64,000 bases of DNA from Candidatus Helarchaeota archaeon (GCA_019058315.1 JAHPZH010000002.1:736001-800000), one strand, 5' to 3'. Counted from the first letter of the stretch, positions 48,970-59,172 are shown. A program made the numbers and translations. Notes: generated by a model not told the origin, from the letters alone.

Positions 48970-50280
48970 ATGTTTGAGGAAATTAATTTCTTGATTGTAG
49001 GAATAATAATTGTTGGGATTATTGTATCCTTTCTATTCATAATTTTCATGGTATCTCGATATAGGAAATTCAAAACAAATGAGTATGTAATTCATCTTAG
49101 AAATGGAAAAGTCAAGAGTGCTGGTCTAGGTGGAAATATATGGTTATTACCTTTAATTGATGATTACATTATTATACCAACGACAAGCATCCAAACAAAT
49201 TTAGAAGCACATGAACAAGTACTTTCAAAAGAATATCAAAGTATTAGTATAACAGGTATGCTAATTTGGAAAGTCATAAATGCCGAAAAAGCATTCTCAG
49301 CTGTTTCTTGGGACCCTAGAAATGAACATTACGTAGAAAAGATTCTTAAAAATGCAGCAGAGGCGATTATCAGGACTACATGCGCCAATATGGAAATAGA
49401 AAAGATTATTCGAGAGCGTTCAGATATTATAAAGAATATTAGCAAAGAATTACACGAAATTACTTCGGATTGGGGAGTTATAATCGAATCTATCGAAATT
49501 ATAGAAGTAAATATTTTAAACCCAGAATTAAAGAAAAACATGGAAGCAATAAAGCAAGCAGAACAATCAAGAAGTGCAAGAATCGCCACTGCCAATTCTG
49601 AAATGGAATCTCGTTTAAGAGAACTTGAGATGAAAAATGAAGTTGGTATTCGGGATCAACTTGTGGAAAAAGAAATTGAATTAAAGAAAAAAGATAAAGA
49701 GATAGCAATCGCACAAAAAGAACTAGAGAGAAAAACAATTGAAGCTGATGGAGAAAGAAAGAAGATAGTTATTGAAGCTGAGGCTCAAGCTGAACAAATA
49801 AAAAAGAAGTTAATTGCTAAAGCAGAAGGTGAGGCTGAAGGTATAAGAAGACAAATGCTTGCTCAAGCTGAGGGAATTAAAAAACAAGTGGAAGCAGTAA
49901 GTAGTTCAGATGAAAGGTTTGCAATAGCTCAATTAATAGACAGATTACCTAAAATATTTGAAAATATTAAACCTGAGAAGATGTTTATCATGGGAAATGG
50001 TGATGAATCGTTTAATGCAATATCTAGATCAATTTTACCTTTCTTAATATTACTTCCAGAATATAGAAGAATTTTTGAGAATGGACAATTGCATACAGTT
50101 GATAAACATGCCGAGACTTTGCCAATAACTCCCGAAGAACTAAAAAATAAACTTGCTGAAACTCTACCAATAATTTCTGAGGAATTAAAAAATAAACATG
50201 CCGAATCTTTCCCAATAACTCCCGAGGAACTAAAAAATAAACATACTCAAAATTCCAAATACATCCTGAGGAATAAATAA
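48970..50280 (+). CDS. Flotillin/SPFH-domain protein
   Basis: N-terminal TM, Band-7 domain (WGVIIESIEI), AEA/EAE coiled coil. Confidence 0.88.
   Translation: MFEEINFLIVGIIIVGIIVSFLFIIFMVSRYRKFKTNEYVIHLRNGKVKSAGLGGNIWLLPLIDDYIIIPTTSIQTNLEAHEQVLSKEYQSISITGMLIWKVINAEKAFSAVSWDPRNEHYVEKILKNAAEAIIRTTCANMEIEKIIRERSDIIKNISKELHEITSDWGVIIESIEIIEVNILNPELKKNMEAIKQAEQSRSARIATANSEMESRLRELEMKNEVGIRDQLVEKEIELKKKDKEIAIAQKELERKTIEADGERKKIVIEAEAQAEQIKKKLIAKAEGEAEGIRRQMLAQAEGIKKQVEAVSSSDERFAIAQLIDRLPKIFENIKPEKMFIMGNGDESFNAISRSILPFLILLPEYRRIFENGQLHTVDKHAETLPITPEELKNKLAETLPIISEELKNKHAESFPITPEELKNKHTQNSKYILRNK
50104..50238 (+). repeat. Three 45-bp tandem coding repeats (KHAETLPITPEELKN-like) in the flotillin C-terminus
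   Basis: Units at 50104, 50149 and 50194. Confidence 0.9.
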
Positions 50281-50383
50281 TCTGATATTTATCAGTAAGG
50301 ATTAATCACTAAACTTTCCCAATAAAAAGAATATTTTAATTTAAATAAAAAATGGAATAAAAAATATTAAAGGGTATTGATAA

Positions 50384-51241
50384 ATGGACTTATATAATAT
50401 TTTCTTTAATATTTGCCTAGGTTTATTTATTGGTGGGGTAATAATGTCGATTATTTCGATAATTCTTGCAGGGACAACAATTCAACATCAAAGTTTGGGA
50501 CATATTGATCATACAGCTTATATTGACCATATTGACCACATCGACCATCTTGACCACACCCTTGCTCATATAGAACATGTCGACCATGCTGACCATACCC
50601 CTACTCATATAGAACATGTCGACCATGCTGATTTTATCAATCAAACAGAGCATATAGGACATTTGGGCAAGGAACATTTACATAAAATTAATCATTTCAA
50701 AGATTCAGGGAATATTAATGGCCATAAAGATATAACGCCCGCTCCTTTTATGCTTTTATTTTCGGAATTTTTATTGGTATTTGGAATTTCTGGCATTTTA
50801 TATTATTTTATTATAATTGAATGGCCGAAATGGATAATATTTTTCATCACACCATTAACCAGTTTTCTGTTTGTAGAGCTCGTTTCAATGTTGTGGAAAA
50901 GAATTGCAATAAATAGACATTATGAAACCATTTCTAGTAAAAATATAATTGGAACGATTGGAGAAGTAGTTTTAGATGTGGATAGTAAAGGTGGTATTAT
51001 CAAGATTAACTCTAACACGCCAATGGAATTTGAAAAAATACATTCGAAACCATTACACCCAGAGAAGCAGTTTTCTAAAGGTCAGCACGTATTTATTTAT
51101 GCAAAAAAGGATGGATATTTTCTAATAGACAATAAAATACCCCTAGAGGAAGAGATAGAATCTTGTCCTAATTGTGGAGCAATAATAGTGGAGGAGAATG
51201 AGTGTTATTGCGTATATTGTGGAGCAAAATTATTACAATAA
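50384..51241 (+). CDS. NfeD/YqiJ-like membrane protein with a His/Asp-rich loop, OB fold and C-terminal Zn ribbon
   Basis: TM, then HxD repeats, two TMs, IIGTIGEV...GGIIKI OB fold, CPNCG...CVYCG; directly follows flotillin. Confidence 0.8.
   Translation: MDLYNIFFNICLGLFIGGVIMSIISIILAGTTIQHQSLGHIDHTAYIDHIDHIDHLDHTLAHIEHVDHADHTPTHIEHVDHADFINQTEHIGHLGKEHLHKINHFKDSGNINGHKDITPAPFMLLFSEFLLVFGISGILYYFIIIEWPKWIIFFITPLTSFLFVELVSMLWKRIAINRHYETISSKNIIGTIGEVVLDVDSKGGIIKINSNTPMEFEKIHSKPLHPEKQFSKGQHVFIYAKKDGYFLIDNKIPLEEEIESCPNCGAIIVEENECYCVYCGAKLLQ
50565..50631 (+). repeat. 28-bp exact repeat with 39-bp period in the His-rich loop
   Basis: CTCATATAGAACATGTCGACCATGCTGA at 50565 and 50604. Confidence 0.9.
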
Positions 51242-51285
51242 AAAAAATCGGTCAAAAAGAGTAAGACTAAATATACTCTATTTTT

Positions 51286-51960
51286 TTAATTATTCTGTAT
51301 AACCCTTTTTTTACGTCCAATTCCAGGTAAGAATTGCCCGGTACTTGCAGCGTACTCGTCATATAAAGAACCGAAGATATTAAACATCAAATTTTCCTCA
51401 GCAATTGCTTGAAACGGTAAGGCAATCAGAAAGATTACAGCGTAGAAAACTATTAACCAAATTCCTGTGGCGAGGAAAAAAAAGAGAAATTCGAATGCTG
51501 CTTCTATGTAGCCTGGGTGACGTACATAATGATAAGGACCCCCCGTTGCTAGAATATATTTACCCGAAAGCGGTTTATAGAGTCTTGTAAAATTTACATT
51601 ATAAAAAAAGACACTTATGGACCAACCTAAGCATAGAAAAAGTCCAATGATACCAGTCCAATTGACCCAATTGGGCAAGTCAATAGCAAAAATAGAATTT
51701 ATTAAATCCCAAAAGTCAAATATACATGAGATGATCACGATAATCTCCAATATTGCATTGATAATTGGCGGTATTGCGACCCCTAATTGTGTCCATCGAT
51801 TTCCTGGACTTTGTTCAGCATTTTTTAATCCAACTCTATCAATGAGGACTGAGCCGTTAGGTAGTTTATTACTTCGGGTTAGTCTTATGATTCCTAAAAC
51901 AATGAGAAAAGCAATTCCACTACCAAGAAAACAGATTAATATAGTTAATTTATCAAGCAT
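51286..51960 (-). CDS. Isoprenylcysteine carboxyl methyltransferase (ICMT/PEMT) family membrane protein
   Basis: LATGGPYHYVRHPGY, EE..M...FG..YDEY...TGQFLP. Confidence 0.85.
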   Translation of the reverse strand: MLDKLTILICFLGSGIAFLIVLGIIRLTRSNKLPNGSVLIDRVGLKNAEQSPGNRWTQLGVAIPPIINAILEIIVIISCIFDFWDLINSIFAIDLPNWVNWTGIIGLFLCLGWSISVFFYNVNFTRLYKPLSGKYILATGGPYHYVRHPGYIEAAFEFLFFFLATGIWLIVFYAVIFLIALPFQAIAEENLMFNIFGSLYDEYAASTGQFLPGIGRKKRVIQNN

Positions 51961-52090
51961 GATATCGTTTTATTATTTTATGTATCTCATATTAAACTGG
52001 ATATATAATTAATTTATTGGATTTTAATATAAGAATTTATTAGTTTATTGGATAATTATTTTGCTAATCTTATCTATCTAATAAGTATTG

Positions 52091-52106
52091 TACGAAAATA
52101 AGCGTA
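52091..52106. promoter_or_regulatory. Putative operator, perfect TACG-N8-CGTA, between the divergent ICMT and bPH genes
   Basis: 52090-52129 is 33/40 identical to 47831-47870. Confidence 0.65.
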
Positions 52107-52224
52107 TTTTATTAAAATTTATTCACTAATTTTTATAAATTAATTTTCTTCACTAGAAATCAAATAAAATTTTGAGAAATTAAATTTTAATCTAAAAATA
52201 TTTTTAAAATTTGGTGGAATAATT

Positions 52225-52947
52225 ATGTCACAAGATTTCGACGAGGTTATTCTCCGGTCATATCCAAAAATCATATTCTTCTGGCCTACGGCAATAGTTT
52301 CGGCAATACTCGGATTATTTGCTCAATTTATACCCATTATGAATGTATCTCCCTTAGACTTTTTATACCAAACTTCACTTAGTAATGGGTGGACAATAGA
52401 TTGGAGAGTCATATTAGGTTTAATTTGGTTCGGTAGCTTTACGGCTAATCTCTTTGTCATTTCATTTGATTACAGTAGTTCAAAAGTTATTGCTTTAATC
52501 TTATGTGTTATAGTTGGTGTTCTTGTAATAATATTATTATTAATATATTTTCCAAATCTCGGTCAAAAATTACCACGATTTTCGATAAATGAATTAGGTC
52601 TCACGATGTCTTTTGAGTTTTACTATACAATAGCTGGACTTTTCGGATTTACATTTTTAATTATTTGGATAGGAAAACATTGGGACTACTATAAAATTAC
52701 TTCCCAAGATATTATTCATAAGAACGGAATTCTTGGAGATGAGGAAAGGTTTCCTGCTCCCAATATTCATATCCATAAAAGAATCACTGATGTTTTTGAA
52801 TTTCTGTTACTTAAATCCGGAGAACTTACTATTATACCCGCTCAAAGAACTACAATAATTCACTTACCTAATGTATTAAATATTAATAAAAAAGAGAAAG
52901 AGATTCAAGAAGTCTTAAAAACGCTTGAAGTCGAAGTAGAGAAATGA
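52225..52947 (+). CDS. Four-TM membrane protein with a C-terminal bPH_2-like domain (paralog of 34448..35167)
   Basis: Shared MSQD.DEVILR.YPKIIFFWPTA and ERFPAPNIHIHKRI.DVFE.LLLKSGELTIIPAQRT. Confidence 0.7.
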   Translation: MSQDFDEVILRSYPKIIFFWPTAIVSAILGLFAQFIPIMNVSPLDFLYQTSLSNGWTIDWRVILGLIWFGSFTANLFVISFDYSSSKVIALILCVIVGVLVIILLLIYFPNLGQKLPRFSINELGLTMSFEFYYTIAGLFGFTFLIIWIGKHWDYYKITSQDIIHKNGILGDEERFPAPNIHIHKRITDVFEFLLLKSGELTIIPAQRTTIIHLPNVLNINKKEKEIQEVLKTLEVEVEK

Positions 52948-53033
52948 TAATGGTTTATTTGGAGTGAATGACTGTCTCAATTATAAAATTGATTAATTTG
53001 GTGAATCTATATAATATTTAATCTGGTGTTTAA

Positions 53034-53393
53034 ATGAAAACTGACCTATTTTCAAATGTGATGGAGTTCCTAAAAAACGAAAAAATCAAGATTATAAAAA
53101 GGAAGATCTCCGAATCAGAATTTCTGTTTGAAAACCCAGACTCATTGATTACTGTTAAATTTGTAATGAACAATATAAACCACGAGATTTTGTATGATAT
53201 CTACTCAACTAAATATTATATACATTTAAAAGAGGAGACAATAAAGGACGTGGAAAAATTGGAGTCTATCGCAGAAGATTATGGTAATTGGAATTTTGCG
53301 AAAGCTGTAGAGGATATATGGCTAATTATTGACGAAATCAAGTATTGGGCTTATAATAATGATTTTGGAGTTAAAGAAAAGGAATTAATTTAG
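53034..53393 (+). CDS. Hypothetical protein
   Basis: 119-aa ORF with a GGTG RBS-like sequence. Confidence 0.65.
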   Translation: MKTDLFSNVMEFLKNEKIKIIKRKISESEFLFENPDSLITVKFVMNNINHEILYDIYSTKYYIHLKEETIKDVEKLESIAEDYGNWNFAKAVEDIWLIIDEIKYWAYNNDFGVKEKELI

Positions 53394-53452
53394 CTTTTAA
53401 ATTTTCTATTTCTTATAAAATATTTCCGAACAAACAGGAATGATCTTATTAA

Positions 53453-54271
53453 ATGTATGAAACTGGAATCGTTTTAGGAATTATAATTAGCATATTATAT
53501 CCTCTATCTATTGCTTTAGTATTAAAAAAATTCAAATTCGACGATAAACGTTGGAAATATCTATTAATTGCCTTTATAATAGGTGCTCTTTTCTTTTTTA
53601 TTGGGTTAATTCGTAAAATCTATGTTTACTTTATTCCTTTGCCCACACTCCTATGGATAGATTTAGTTGTTACTGGATTTATTGAGGAGTTAATGAAATT
53701 ACTCGTTATATTAATAATCATTAAAAAATTACCTGCAGATCTTAAAGAAGCTCCTTATTATGGTTTACTTATTGGTCTAGGATTTGGTGCAGGAGAAATG
53801 TTATATATTCTATTACCTCTCCCCACTTTAGCACCGGCTTACGAGAACGCGATAATAGCAAATTTAATATTTGCAACATTAACAACATCTCCACTCTCTG
53901 ATTTGTTTTGGTACTACGTTATTGTTTACACAAATTATTGGCTCCAAATTACTTCTGTGGTAAATATATTTGGTATACCTCTCATTAATTTGTACGAGAG
54001 ATTAATTATAGTTCCATTTCATGCTACTACTGCAATATTAATTGGTCAAGGATTTAAAGCAGAAAGTCCCAGATTTAAGCTATTTGGAATAGAGTTTACA
54101 CCTAAAATCAATTATTTCTTAATAGCCATTGGATTGCATATTGTAATCGATCTTTTTGCAGTATTAAATTATTTATTAGTAATAACAACTGAAATTATGG
54201 AAATAATCATTACTCCAATAGCGTTATCAACTTTCATTGTTGTTATATGGCTATTTATTCTAAAGGATTAA
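53453..54271 (+). CDS. PrsW-family intramembrane metalloprotease
   Basis: GFIEELMK, GLGFGAGE, ER...FHA, LH..ID. Confidence 0.75.
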   Translation: MYETGIVLGIIISILYPLSIALVLKKFKFDDKRWKYLLIAFIIGALFFFIGLIRKIYVYFIPLPTLLWIDLVVTGFIEELMKLLVILIIIKKLPADLKEAPYYGLLIGLGFGAGEMLYILLPLPTLAPAYENAIIANLIFATLTTSPLSDLFWYYVIVYTNYWLQITSVVNIFGIPLINLYERLIIVPFHATTAILIGQGFKAESPRFKLFGIEFTPKINYFLIAIGLHIVIDLFAVLNYLLVITTEIMEIIITPIALSTFIVVIWLFILKD

Positions 54272-54281
54272 AAATATAAAG

Positions 54282-54932
54282 TCATTGCATAGAATTTTTA
54301 AGTTTTTCAATAATTTTGAACTGTTTAACATCTTCAATATCTCGACCAATCACAAAAGAACCGACTATCATTATATAGCATCCAAATAGAATATCAGAGA
54401 AAGCTACTCCATGAATGACGAATATAAAACCAGGAACTATAAAACAAATACCAAAGAAACCTTCATGAAAATGATAACCTAAAACGTCGATCTCTATAAT
54501 CTGTTTGCCCAATCTATCAGTAATATGTGGTAAAACTAATAAAATCCAAAGAACGAACGCAACTGATAGAACATCTGCTACAAATAATATAATTGGGGGA
54601 ACTATTTCGACATGATAAAACCCAATAAAAGTAAAGATTGGAATTATAATTAAAAAAAGGAGAAAGGTAAATGCTTTTTTATGTCCTTTTAACTGATGTT
54701 CGGGTTCTTTATTTTTTGAGAAAATTCCACTAATACCAACGAAAAAAATTCCAATTAGAATAATGAAAATACAAAGTGTTCGAGTTAATGGAAGGGAATT
54801 TCTTAGTTCTGTTACGTAAAGATAGTTTAATATTAAAATTGCGGCATGAATAAATCCCAAAATTAATCCAATGCTTATTGTGAAAATGCCTAATTTTATA
54901 ATTCTCCTCATTTTCAAATCATTTAAGAACAT
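54282..54932 (-). CDS. Hypothetical multi-pass membrane protein
   Basis: About six hydrophobic helices; GYHFHEGFFG motif. Confidence 0.7.
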   Translation of the reverse strand: MFLNDLKMRRIIKLGIFTISIGLILGFIHAAILILNYLYVTELRNSLPLTRTLCIFIILIGIFFVGISGIFSKNKEPEHQLKGHKKAFTFLLFLIIIPIFTFIGFYHVEIVPPIILFVADVLSVAFVLWILLVLPHITDRLGKQIIEIDVLGYHFHEGFFGICFIVPGFIFVIHGVAFSDILFGCYIMIVGSFVIGRDIEDVKQFKIIEKLKNSMQ

Positions 54933-54985
54933 TAACTGAAATCATGGTGGAAATTAAGATAAAATTAAAAAAAATCTAAAAAAAG

Positions 54986-57439
54986 TTAAGATTTTTCTTT
55001 TCTTCTTTTTATTAATTTGTATAGACCGACTTTTAAAAGGTCTGTTAAGACAAAAAGTACCAGAGCATATATCCAGACAAACAAAGCAAGAATCCAACCA
55101 ATTGGTGAAACAATAAAACCATATACTGTGATGAAGGTTGCTATTGTTTGGGTAATTACAACTGCAAAGAATAGAATTTTACTTGGTTTAATAGACCAAA
55201 AAGGACCTCGTGTACGTGCTACAAATAGAGTCAAATGTCCAGCAACGGAAAGTTTTAAATATATAAAGGATTGAATCGTCTCCTTGGGAAGGTGTAATAT
55301 GACCTGAGCAATATAGAAAATACCAAAAGAAGATCCAACACCTATTATTCCTAGAAAGGTTGATACCATCAGAACCATCCTCATATTCCATCTTTCTGGT
55401 TCATTTGAATAAGTAACATTATCATAGGCAATAGTCATTATTGGTGCATCATTAAGAAGTGCTAAGAGAACTATCATAATGGCTGTTACGGGATAAAAAT
55501 TAAACACTATTATTGAAACAGTCATAAAGAGTAAAACCCGAATAGTTTCAGCGATTCGATAAAGTGAATAATTATTCATGCGTTGAAATATTTTACGGCT
55601 TTCTTTAATGGAATCAATAATAACTGATAGCCCCGGTCTTGTGAGAACAATATCTGCTGCTGATTTAGCAGCATCAGTAGCATTTGCAACTGCTATTCCT
55701 GCGTCAGCTTTCTTCAAAGCTGGGGCATCATTAACTCCATCCCCAGTCATGCCAACAATATGTCCTGCATTTTGGAGTAAATCGACAATATGAAATTTAT
55801 GTTCAGGAAAAACTTGAGCAAAACCATTAGCTGTTTCAACAATTCGTTGAGCTTCATTGTCTGGTTTATCTATGAATGAAGAAATTGGAACCATATTGGT
55901 CTCTAAATCTACTTGGAGAGCAACCTCCTTGGCGATAGCTATATGATCACCAGTAACCATTTTGACATCAACACCCATTGATTTTGCTGTATCGATAGTT
56001 TCCTTTGAATCTTCACGAGGAGGATCATATAGTGGAATAAGTCCGATATATTCCCAATTTCCTTGTGAATCAGTTTTAGCCAAACCTAATGTTCGATATC
56101 CTTTATGTGCATAAGTGTTAATTATTTCATTAATCTTAGTACTAATTGCTTCATCGTTAGCCAGAAGTGACAGAATAACTTGAGGTGCTCCCTTGGAAAC
56201 GTTGAAAATTTTTCCAGTGTTATCCTCTATTTTAGCTTCTGTACGTTTTGCGACTGGATCAAAGGGTTTAAATGCAGTGACTTTATAAGGTTTGAGAAGT
56301 TTTTCAGAGGATTGTAGTGTTTTAAATTTTGTAATAATTGCATTATCAATAGGGTCTTGATCTTCTTCTCTGGATGCCAAAGTGGCAAGTAATAAAACAT
56401 CTTCATCTGTATAACTGTCAAAATGAGTCAGTTCTGCCACGCTTAACTCGTTTTTTGTTATTGTGCCTGTTTTATCTGAGCATAAAACATCCATTCCTGC
56501 CATTTCTTCAATAGCAACAAGCCTGCTGACAATGGCTTCCTTTTTAGCTAAAGATGTCGCACCGATCGCCATAGTTACAGATAGAACTGCCGGTAGAGCA
56601 ACTGGAATAGCTGCGACAATCAGAACCAGTGCAAATTGAAGAGTTTCTGCTATACTTTCCTGACGAAACATTGCTACAAAAAATATAAGAATAACCAAAA
56701 AAACAGCAACAATGATTAAAAAATTTCCAATTTTCATGACTGCTTTTTGGAAATGACTTCTCTTTTCAGCTTCTTCTATCATTTTAGTAGTTTTACCGAA
56801 ATATGTATTCATTCCTGTTGTAACAACAATAGCATCTACCTCACCTTGCCGAATAATAGAACTGGAATAGGATATATCCTCAACATGTTTTTCTACAGGT
56901 AAGGATTCACCTGTCAATGCAGATTCATCTGTAAGCAAATAATCTCCACATATTATTTTAGAATCCGCAGGGACAATGTCTCCAAGGCGTAATCGTAGCA
57001 TATCACCTGGAACAAGATCTCTGGCCTCTATATCTTGCCATTCACCATCACGTAAGACTCTAGCCCTCAGTGCCAATTTCTCTTTTAATAATTCAATTGC
57101 ATTATCCGCTTTATGTTCCTCCCAGAAACGAACTACTGCATTTAAAAGCAGTAAAATAATTATTATAATGAAATCATCCCAATGATCAATAATTGCTGAT
57201 AAGATGGCTGCAATTTCAATCATCCAAGGAATGGGTCCCCAAAAATTTTTCAAAAATTTGATAAAGGGATTTTTTTTCTTTTCAGAGATTTCATTAGGAC
57301 CGTATTTTTGAAGACGATTACTCGCTTCTAAATTAGATATTCCTTTATCTGTTGTAGAAAGTTTATTTAACAATTCATCAATCTGAATATTTTTGGCTTG
57401 TTCAGTAGTTATTATATTTTCTTGCATAACTAAATTCAT
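54986..57439 (-). CDS. P-type (IIIA) plasma-membrane proton-efflux ATPase
   Basis: WGPIPWMIE, TGES, PVALPAV, CSDKTGT, KGAPQ, TGDGVNDAPALKKA, LLND..IMTIAYD. Confidence 0.93.
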   Translation of the reverse strand: MNLVMQENIITTEQAKNIQIDELLNKLSTTDKGISNLEASNRLQKYGPNEISEKKKNPFIKFLKNFWGPIPWMIEIAAILSAIIDHWDDFIIIIILLLLNAVVRFWEEHKADNAIELLKEKLALRARVLRDGEWQDIEARDLVPGDMLRLRLGDIVPADSKIICGDYLLTDESALTGESLPVEKHVEDISYSSSIIRQGEVDAIVVTTGMNTYFGKTTKMIEEAEKRSHFQKAVMKIGNFLIIVAVFLVILIFFVAMFRQESIAETLQFALVLIVAAIPVALPAVLSVTMAIGATSLAKKEAIVSRLVAIEEMAGMDVLCSDKTGTITKNELSVAELTHFDSYTDEDVLLLATLASREEDQDPIDNAIITKFKTLQSSEKLLKPYKVTAFKPFDPVAKRTEAKIEDNTGKIFNVSKGAPQVILSLLANDEAISTKINEIINTYAHKGYRTLGLAKTDSQGNWEYIGLIPLYDPPREDSKETIDTAKSMGVDVKMVTGDHIAIAKEVALQVDLETNMVPISSFIDKPDNEAQRIVETANGFAQVFPEHKFHIVDLLQNAGHIVGMTGDGVNDAPALKKADAGIAVANATDAAKSAADIVLTRPGLSVIIDSIKESRKIFQRMNNYSLYRIAETIRVLLFMTVSIIVFNFYPVTAIMIVLLALLNDAPIMTIAYDNVTYSNEPERWNMRMVLMVSTFLGIIGVGSSFGIFYIAQVILHLPKETIQSFIYLKLSVAGHLTLFVARTRGPFWSIKPSKILFFAVVITQTIATFITVYGFIVSPIGWILALFVWIYALVLFVLTDLLKVGLYKLIKRRKEKS

Positions 57440-57705
57440 CCCTCTAAAATTTTTATTTATTACAATATAAAAATCTCTAAATGTTCAAAAATTAATTGAT
57501 TTAATTTTAAAAATTAATTTAATAACAATTCAAGAGAAAATATTCTTTTAAACCTTATTATTTTAGAAAATTCTGAGAGAATAATATAACCATGTAATAA
57601 ATTTTGTATAATAGTGTATTTTTAAACACAAATGGGATTTGAAATAACAAATTTTTCAAAAAATTAAATAGTTTACTAATGAAATAATAATTTGGAAATG
57701 ATATA

Positions 57706-59172
57706 ATGAAAATAAAACGAAAAAGAATAACTAGATCTAAAATTGTATGCACGATTGGACCTGCAACTAAATCAGAAGATATATTAAAGAAACTAATTGA
57801 AGCAGGTATGAATGTTGCAAGATTAAATTTATCCCATGGAACTCATAAAGAACATGCTGAATTATTTGAAAGAATTAGGGCTTTATCCGATAAAATAGCA
57901 ATAATGTTTGATATACAAGGCCCTAAAATACGTTTAGGAAAAATGAAAGATGATCTAAAATATAGCTTAAAAATGGGAGACCTATTTACATTAACATCAA
58001 GAAATATCGAAGGAAATGGAGATATTTCATCGATTACATATAAGAAATTACCTTCTGATGTGAAAATAGGCGATTTATTATATGTCAATGACGGGATAAT
58101 ATGCTTAAAAGTTTTGGAAATAAATAATAATACTGATATTAAATGCAAAGTTCTTACAGGAGGAGAAATTTCAAGTCATAAAGGAATTAATGCACCAAAT
58201 GTGACAATTACCGAGACTGTACCGACTGAACAAGACATCGAAAATTTGAAATTTATCGCTAAATTAAATTCTGATTATGTAGCTGCTTCTTTCGTTACAA
58301 ATGCAGATAATGTGATTAGAATAAAGCAAATACTTGAAAATTCAAATGCAGATATCCCTATAATTAGTAAAATTGAACGTCCTGGTGCTATTAAAAATTT
58401 TGATGCTATATTAAAGGTTTCGAATGGAATAATGGTAGCAAGAGGAGATCTTGGTGTGGAAATGCAGAGCGAAAATGTTCCTATTCTACAAAAGGAAATA
58501 ATTAGAAAATGTAATAAAATTGGGAAACCAGTCATTTGCGCAACCCAAATGCTTGATAGTATGCAATATAAACCAACTCCTACTAGAGCAGAAGCTAGTG
58601 ATGTCTTCAATGCGATATTAGATGGAGCAGATTCTGTTATGCTTTCCGGCGAAACTGCCATAGGAAAATATCCATTGGAAGCAGTTAAAATGATGGAAAA
58701 GATAATAATAAATGCCGAAAATTCCATGCCTCCTGTTGATTTATATAAATATGATTCAATAAATCCATCTAATGCAGAAATACTTAGTCATGCTGGAATG
58801 GTGATTTTAAGAGAAATTGATCGTCATAGACGGGCACAATTGGATGCGATTATAGTAATTACACGTTCTGGATATACGGCTCGGATGATTTCTAAGTATA
58901 GACCTAATGCACCGATTTTTGCGGTAACATATGATAAAAATACGTATAGACGTTTATTTCTCTTATGGGGAGTTGAAGCAATATATTTACCCCAAACCCC
59001 TAGCTTGCATACTATTACACGAGAAGCTATAAAAAAAGTGTATGAAGAAGGTTATATAGAACTTGATGATACAATATTAATTTCATCTGGTTCTGATTTG
59101 GTACCTCTAATTAAAACAACTTCTATTAGCCTTTTTAATGTGAACGACATTCTGACTAATGAAAATTCTTAA
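57706..59172 (+). CDS. pyk: Pyruvate kinase
   Basis: KIVCTIGPA, ARLNLSHG, DIQGPKIR, MVARGDLGVE, ATQMLDSM, MLSGETA. Confidence 0.97.
   Translation: MKIKRKRITRSKIVCTIGPATKSEDILKKLIEAGMNVARLNLSHGTHKEHAELFERIRALSDKIAIMFDIQGPKIRLGKMKDDLKYSLKMGDLFTLTSRNIEGNGDISSITYKKLPSDVKIGDLLYVNDGIICLKVLEINNNTDIKCKVLTGGEISSHKGINAPNVTITETVPTEQDIENLKFIAKLNSDYVAASFVTNADNVIRIKQILENSNADIPIISKIERPGAIKNFDAILKVSNGIMVARGDLGVEMQSENVPILQKEIIRKCNKIGKPVICATQMLDSMQYKPTPTRAEASDVFNAILDGADSVMLSGETAIGKYPLEAVKMMEKIIINAENSMPPVDLYKYDSINPSNAEILSHAGMVILREIDRHRRAQLDAIIVITRSGYTARMISKYRPNAPIFAVTYDKNTYRRLFLLWGVEAIYLPQTPSLHTITREAIKKVYEEGYIELDDTILISSGSDLVPLIKTTSISLFNVNDILTNENS

Noticed and set aside
51617-52012. 131-aa plus-strand ORF
   Set aside because: Antisense to the ICMT-family gene, which has clear family motifs.
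57843-58727. Two minus-strand ORFs (101 and 150 aa)
   Set aside because: Antisense to pyk; most other 60-100 aa track ORFs overlapping real genes are rejected for the same reason.
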